64,000 nucleotides of DNA from Cyanobacteria bacterium auto_48_18 (lineage in GTDB: Bacteria > Cyanobacteriota > Vampirovibrionia > Obscuribacterales > Obscuribacteraceae). Shown here one piece after another: positions 59,134 through 64,000 of the stretch. Within the stretch, counting starts at the first letter, position 1. Every line of letters begins with the position of its first letter. The stretch is from assembly GCA_036170915.1 (NCBI GenBank), contig JAVHQC010000010.1:32001-96000 (forward strand). The letters run 5' to 3'. The notes beneath the pieces were generated by a model. The model worked only from the letters and a program-made list of their open reading frames with translations. It did no database searches and was not told where the DNA came from. Made by a program: the position numbers and the translations under genes.

Positions 59134-60033
59134 TTAGCCAACTGAGCTAAGTGCTTTGCCCTGGCCCTTTGCCTGACTCAAAGTAAATGCCAGAGATGAT
59201 TCAGGTAAAGGTTCAAAATCATATTTATTGCCCTGCACGTGAACCTTTCCCCAAGGAATACCCGGCTCATGATCGAAGACTACAAGCCAGTTTTCAGCAG
59301 AAGCACGGGCCAGCCACTCTGATTTAATATCGCAGCTAATTAACGGATGATGGTCGTAACCCATTACCCAGGGCGGCGATAAATGAGTTTTAGTGGGAAT
59401 GATGTCGGCGAAATAAACACCTTTTTCGCCATTTGATTCAAAGTAAACCACCTGATGATGGCTGGTGTGGCCACCTGTCACTTTCACCCAGACACCAGGC
59501 ACCACTTCGTAGTCGCCTTCAACTAAAATCAGCTGATTAGCTTTTTGCAAAGGCACAAAATCATCGGGCCTGTAACTAGCTCTGGCTCTAGCATTAGCTA
59601 CGAAAGCAAAATCGTATTCGCCTTGTTGCACTATATATTTTGCCTTCGGAAAAGTTGGCACAACCTCGCCGTCGCACATAATGGTGGCACCACCAGCGTG
59701 GTCAAAATGCAGGTGGGAAATAATGACAAAGTCGATGTCTTCAGGCTTAAGGCCAACCTGATCAAGCATTGTTGCGGGAGTTACTAGAGAATTAAGACCG
59801 AATCGCTCTTTCTCTTTTTCACTCCAGCGGTCACCCATTCCAGTTTCTACTAGAATTTTTTTGCTACCTGTATCAATCAAAAGCAAGTTACAGGCAAGCA
59901 CAATGCGATTTTGATCGTCTGAAGGAGACTGCTTACTCCACAAGCTCTTAGGCACCACACCAAACATGGCACCACCATCGAGCTTAAAAACAGATTCGCG
60001 AATAATGGAAAGATCAAATTGTCCGAACTGCAA
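59134..60033 (-). CDS. MBL-fold metallohydrolase (YtnP-like)
   Basis: LDGGAMFGVVPK, SHLHFDHAGG, GGHT, MGYD. Confidence 0.92.
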   Translation of the reverse strand: MQFGQFDLSIIRESVFKLDGGAMFGVVPKSLWSKQSPSDDQNRIVLACNLLLIDTGSKKILVETGMGDRWSEKEKERFGLNSLVTPATMLDQVGLKPEDIDFVIISHLHFDHAGGATIMCDGEVVPTFPKAKYIVQQGEYDFAFVANARARASYRPDDFVPLQKANQLILVEGDYEVVPGVWVKVTGGHTSHHQVVYFESNGEKGVYFADIIPTKTHLSPPWVMGYDHHPLISCDIKSEWLARASAENWLVVFDHEPGIPWGKVHVQGNKYDFEPLPESSLAFTLSQAKGQGKALSSVG

Positions 60034-60048
60034 GAATCCCCCTCGGGC

Positions 60049-60951
60049 CTAGGCCCTGACGGCATCCTTCTGGCGAGCGCGGCGACTTTTCTTGCCTTTG
60101 CCACCTTTGCGGCGGTGCTTAATCAGCTCCACCGGAGCAGCAAACTCGCTCTCCACAAGGCTAATTGGAGCAACGAGATGCAGACCCACTGGTGTTTCAG
60201 TGCTGCATTCAGAATTTATTTCTGCGTCGGCCTCTGCATTTGCTTCTGCATCTGCGGAAATTTGCTGAGCAGCTTCAATGGCTTCAGCCGAACTCAGTTC
60301 TGACTCCATCTCTAGCATCTCAATTTTTTCCATAATTTGCAAACGGGCCAGAAGCTCTTCAAGCTCTGGAATGTCGTCGTCCAGCGCCACAAGAGGAGGC
60401 AACTCGCTAAAGTTTTCGGCAGCGAGATCGAAGCCGCCGCCAATTTCGCCAGTGTCGTCCATGAGCTCGCTGTCATAATATGAGTCTAGATTGATTTCGG
60501 TAAAATTCATGCCGCTCAAATATGTAGATTCCACAGCATCAAGTGCAGACATAGCTTGAGAATTAACTTCAGTCGTCACTTCGTAGATACTTTGTTCATA
60601 GATTCTGGGTGCTGCCAGTCGTTTGGTTATAGCCGCTTCATCAACTAAGCTTGCAGTCTGGCCAAACCAGCGGGCTTTTGATTGCTGCTGACGCTGCCGC
60701 CTCTCTAAGTAGTCTGTTGAGCGCTCATCGATGCGTGCGCGCAAATGGCATAGATCGAGCCGGTCAAGCGCTTTTTGCTCAGTAGAAACGCGAGTAGAAA
60801 GAAGCTTGTGTTTTTCTAATAGATTGGCTTTCGACGAAGCAGGGGCTGGTGGCTTTTTCTCAATGGGATGATTTTTTGATGACGCTCTTTGCGGCAGTGC
60901 CGCTTCTTTCTTACCTAAAAGAGTGCTCCAAAGCGTCATCAGTATTGCCAT
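60049..60951 (-). CDS. Hypothetical protein with acidic middle and basic C-terminal tail
   Basis: 300-aa ORF; GAGGA upstream of ATG. Confidence 0.65.
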   Translation of the reverse strand: MAILMTLWSTLLGKKEAALPQRASSKNHPIEKKPPAPASSKANLLEKHKLLSTRVSTEQKALDRLDLCHLRARIDERSTDYLERRQRQQQSKARWFGQTASLVDEAAITKRLAAPRIYEQSIYEVTTEVNSQAMSALDAVESTYLSGMNFTEINLDSYYDSELMDDTGEIGGGFDLAAENFSELPPLVALDDDIPELEELLARLQIMEKIEMLEMESELSSAEAIEAAQQISADAEANAEADAEINSECSTETPVGLHLVAPISLVESEFAAPVELIKHRRKGGKGKKSRRARQKDAVRA

Positions 60952-61195
60952 TCAGCAAATCCTCGCGTATCGCCAGCGCCATAGACCGGGTTTCTTGTAG
61001 CCAGTATACGTCGCCGACCTAGCTCGTCAATGGGATTATCCGCAGATGTGACGACAGATGATAAAACACTAACAGGCACAGCCTCTTGCCTAATCGCGGC
61101 GCGAGTTCGCCGTATCTACTCAGCCACAAATCAGCCACAAAGCATCATCTATATAAACGCAATAAAATGCGCAGACGCCAGCACCACATGTGGTG

Positions 61196-62293
61196 CTAGT
61201 TGTTTTCTACTTCTTGAGATAATTCATCTGGAGTTTTGCGAGTGTCTGCATTTCCAGCGGCTGAATTTATAGAAGCGAGCGATGCAGCGGTTCGGGCTTT
61301 AGCGCGACGCTCGAACTCATTGAACTCATTTTCTAGCCAGGCATCAATTTTCGAACCGACTTCAGGTTCGATTTTGCTGCACTCAACCAGCATGTGACCC
61401 TTATGAGGAAAAACAACCATGGTCGCTTTTTTAGTGCCTAATTTCGGTACCATGGCCGTTAAAGCTGCGGTATTCTGCACTTGATCCAATTTACCGGCAA
61501 GTAACAAAATTGGCATGTCTTCGGGAATTTTTGCAATTTCTTTTAAGGCATTACGGTTAGTTACCGCGGCTTTGATCAGATCGGTAACACTCATGGCCTT
61601 ACAGGTATCGGCGCTTTCCATAAGCTCTTGAGTAATACGTTTGTCTTCAGACAATAAGGGCTCATAATAAGCAGCAATATCAATTGGCTGCTTCGGATCT
61701 TGCAGACCCTGCACAAAAGTTTTTAACCAGAGGGGCCGCGGATGCACTCTGTTTCTCGCCACAGCACTGGAGGCAATAACGCCATCTAAAAGTGTGGGAT
61801 CAGTTGATGCTTCCCAGATAGCCATGTTGGCGCCAAAACTTTCACCAATGCAAAAAATCGGTTTCTCAGGATACTTTTTTCGCAGTTCTTTGAGCACAGC
61901 CGTCAGGTCGTCTTTACTCTGGCTGAAGTGTATAGCTGAGTCACCGTCAAATTTATGATCTGGTGATCGCCAGTCGCCGAAACCGCGCATGTCGTTGGCG
62001 TAAACGATGTAGCCCAAATCTGTAAAATGAGAAGCGAGAGTGCCGTACATGCGACCACTGAAAATCAGTCCCTGCAGCGCTACGATTACACCCTTAATAG
62101 GCTTATCAGGATTGGTCCAGCGGTGCACCGGTATTTTTAGACTTTCGCCAATGTCACACTGATTATCGTAAACGGGCGCGGCAATAGCGGCGGGGCAGTG
62201 GAGTGATGCCAGCAAGGTAAGGCCACAGGAAAGAACAAATTGGATATTAGCTTTTAAACGCATATATTCCAGGTTAGAGCTGAGTTCAGCCAC
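61196..62293 (-). CDS. Exported alpha/beta hydrolase (lysophospholipase-like)
   Basis: DMRGFG, GESFG nucleophile elbow, GKLD, KGHML; signal peptide. Confidence 0.88.
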   Translation of the reverse strand: MAELSSNLEYMRLKANIQFVLSCGLTLLASLHCPAAIAAPVYDNQCDIGESLKIPVHRWTNPDKPIKGVIVALQGLIFSGRMYGTLASHFTDLGYIVYANDMRGFGDWRSPDHKFDGDSAIHFSQSKDDLTAVLKELRKKYPEKPIFCIGESFGANMAIWEASTDPTLLDGVIASSAVARNRVHPRPLWLKTFVQGLQDPKQPIDIAAYYEPLLSEDKRITQELMESADTCKAMSVTDLIKAAVTNRNALKEIAKIPEDMPILLLAGKLDQVQNTAALTAMVPKLGTKKATMVVFPHKGHMLVECSKIEPEVGSKIDAWLENEFNEFERRAKARTAASLASINSAAGNADTRKTPDELSQEVENN

Positions 62294-62474
62294 TTAATGA
62301 TATATCCAAAACGCTCAAACGTCACCTGGCAACAGCTGACTAATCTGCTTTCAGCGACTAAAAATCTAGTACGACAGCAAAGTCAGCACCGCGCACGGTG
62401 CGCTTGTCTCTAGACAATTGCTGCGAATAAGCATATTGAGCGCATATGTAGAATGATGAACAAATTACGCAGGT

Positions 62475-63248
62475 TTAGACAGCAAGGTCTACAGCTTTAT
62501 CAGGTGTTTGGACCGCAGGAAATCCCATAATTCGCTGATAGCAGACGTTCATAGACTCGTAACAAGGGCAACTTACTTCTTCCAGAGCCCGCCGATCAAG
62601 CACGGAGATCTTTCCGCGGGTATAAGAGATTATTCCGGCCTTAAGCAGCTGGCCAGCAGCGAAATTTACACTTGTGCGTGAAATTCCAAGCATTGCCGCT
62701 AAAAATTCTTGGGTCAGGACAAAAGAATTACTTTCGCAGCGGTCATCAGAAAGCAGCATCCAGCGCGCGCAGCGTTGCGCGATGGAATGCACGCGATTGC
62801 AGCCGATGTTGATAGACACGTTTTCAAAGAGTGCCATGCCAAAGCGACTACATACATCCGCTAGTTCCTTATGCTCGATGAGCAGACGTTGGAAAGCCTT
62901 AATCGGCACCCGCAAACCTGACGCTTCGACCTGACAATAGACCAGCTGAGCAATGGCCGGTGTACCAAGCGCTACGCACACGCCGAGCATGCCATCCCGG
63001 CCAATGGTAGCAAGCTCAACCAGCGAACCTTCTTCCATAACAGTCAGAAAGGAAAGCGCCCCAGATTCGATAAAATCGACGAATTCAAAATTAGTGTTTG
63101 GTTCAGATACATGTTCGCGCAAATTAAAGTGGACTGGCTCAGAGACGGCCATAAATGCTCGCAGGACATGTGGCGGCAAACTTAGCAGAAGTAAATTTTG
63201 TGGCTGACCGAAAATCACAAGTACACCATTTGTCTTAGGGACCAACAA
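62475..63248 (-). CDS. Crp/Fnr-family transcriptional regulator
   Basis: NLLLLSLP, IGRDGMLG, QRCARWML, LTQEFLAAMLGISRTSV, YTRGKI, CPCY. Confidence 0.92.
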   Translation of the reverse strand: MLVPKTNGVLVIFGQPQNLLLLSLPPHVLRAFMAVSEPVHFNLREHVSEPNTNFEFVDFIESGALSFLTVMEEGSLVELATIGRDGMLGVCVALGTPAIAQLVYCQVEASGLRVPIKAFQRLLIEHKELADVCSRFGMALFENVSINIGCNRVHSIAQRCARWMLLSDDRCESNSFVLTQEFLAAMLGISRTSVNFAAGQLLKAGIISYTRGKISVLDRRALEEVSCPCYESMNVCYQRIMGFPAVQTPDKAVDLAV

Positions 63249-63421
63249 ACGGTTGAGCTAGTCGATTAATCTACGACAGCCGCGTGCATACAATCACTAT
63301 GACAGATTTGAACATATATTGCTTGCGGCAATGCGCCGGTATGGGCGGGTCAGCATCCGATACCAGTTATTAATGGCAATTTTCGGGGTTGATTGACTAA
63401 AATGGCCATAGAGGGAAACAA

Positions 63422-64000
63422 ATGCCAATTAACGCACTATCCTTTGAATTATTAGCAAAACTGGTGAACTCTGCCGCAAGCGGAATTGTGGTCACTGATC
63501 CTATGCGCGCTGGCAATCCTATTATTTTTGCCAACGACGCTTTTTACAAGATCACCGGATATAGTGCCTACGAGACCATTGGTCACAATTGCAAATTTCT
63601 CCAGGGCGCAGATCGCGCTCAGCCTGCGCTGGAAGAACTGAGGCAGGCAATCAAAAAGAGAGAATCATGCCGCGTCACTCTGCGTAATTACAAAAAAGAC
63701 GGCACCATGTTCTGGAACGAACTGTATATGACCCCGCATTTTGATGGAGATCAACTGACACATTTTGTTGGTGTGCAGAATGATGTGACAGCAATCGTCG
63801 AACAAAAGCATCAAAAAGAAATGTATAACGCTGGTATTATCCACGATATCAAAGGGCCACTTTTTGGCCAGGCGAGAATATTAGAATATCTTGCCAAGCA
63901 AGAGCCAAATGCAAAATCAAACGAAGCGTACGAGATGATGTTGGCCAGCCTCAAATCGTCCTTAATGCTGATTACCGATGTTCTGGCGCAATACAAATTA
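63422..64000 (+). CDS. LOV-domain sensor histidine kinase, 3'-partial (not in ORF track)
   Basis: Hand translation: GIVVTDP..NPIIFANDAFYKITGY..GHNCKFLQG..LRNYKKDG.MFWNEL..FVGVQNDVT then H-box IIHDIKGPL; GAGGGA RBS; open to window end. Confidence 0.92.
   Translation, partial: MPINALSFELLAKLVNSAASGIVVTDPMRAGNPIIFANDAFYKITGYSAYETIGHNCKFLQGADRAQPALEELRQAIKKRESCRVTLRNYKKDGTMFWNELYMTPHFDGDQLTHFVGVQNDVTAIVEQKHQKEMYNAGIIHDIKGPLFGQARILEYLAKQEPNAKSNEAYEMMLASLKSSLMLITDVLAQYKL

Noticed and set aside
61130..61198. TCAGCCACAAA duplication and AGCACCACATGTGGTGCT palindrome
   Set aside because: Only two copies and a single palindrome at a gene end; no support for a repeat family or ncRNA
1..64000. CRISPR array, integrase, transposase, prophage or defence island
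   Set aside because: No regularly spaced direct repeats or recognisable mobile/defence proteins seen; content is core-like throughout

Overview
A gene-dense 64 kb piece of bacterial core chromosome with roughly balanced GC. I see no CRISPR array, integrase, transposase or phage genes. Gene content points to a non-photosynthetic cyanobacterial relative (Melainabacteria/Vampirovibrionia, probably Obscuribacterales): cyanobacteria-like peptide ABC binding proteins and amidase, many exported TPR proteins, DUF4127 and DUF1574-like proteins, and no photosynthesis genes here. That placement is inference only. Housekeeping genes are dps, osmC-family, birA, apt, recJ, potA, potD, tolC-family, coaX, glmU, bioY, rimI, tsaB, secA, rlmN and tRNA-Ala(GGC). 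Several of the best signals are absent from the supplied ORF track: (1) a LOV-domain histidine kinase running off the right end, divergent from a Crp/Fnr regulator; (2) a ~195-nt structured RNA with a near-consensus promoter and 6S-like architecture at 28.0-28.2 kb; (3) a ~110-nt multi-stem RNA with its own terminator upstream of glmU, with a small Sm/Hfq-like gene on the other side of glmU; (4) two small ORFs of 54 and 55 aa. Unusual proteins include SecA with an ~80-aa Thermus-like insert and an acidic tail, a DICT-GAF3-GGDEF protein with a degenerate HD-GYP domain, an exported TPR-HMA fusion and an exported TldD/TldE pair. All family calls come from motif recognition by eye; no searches were run.
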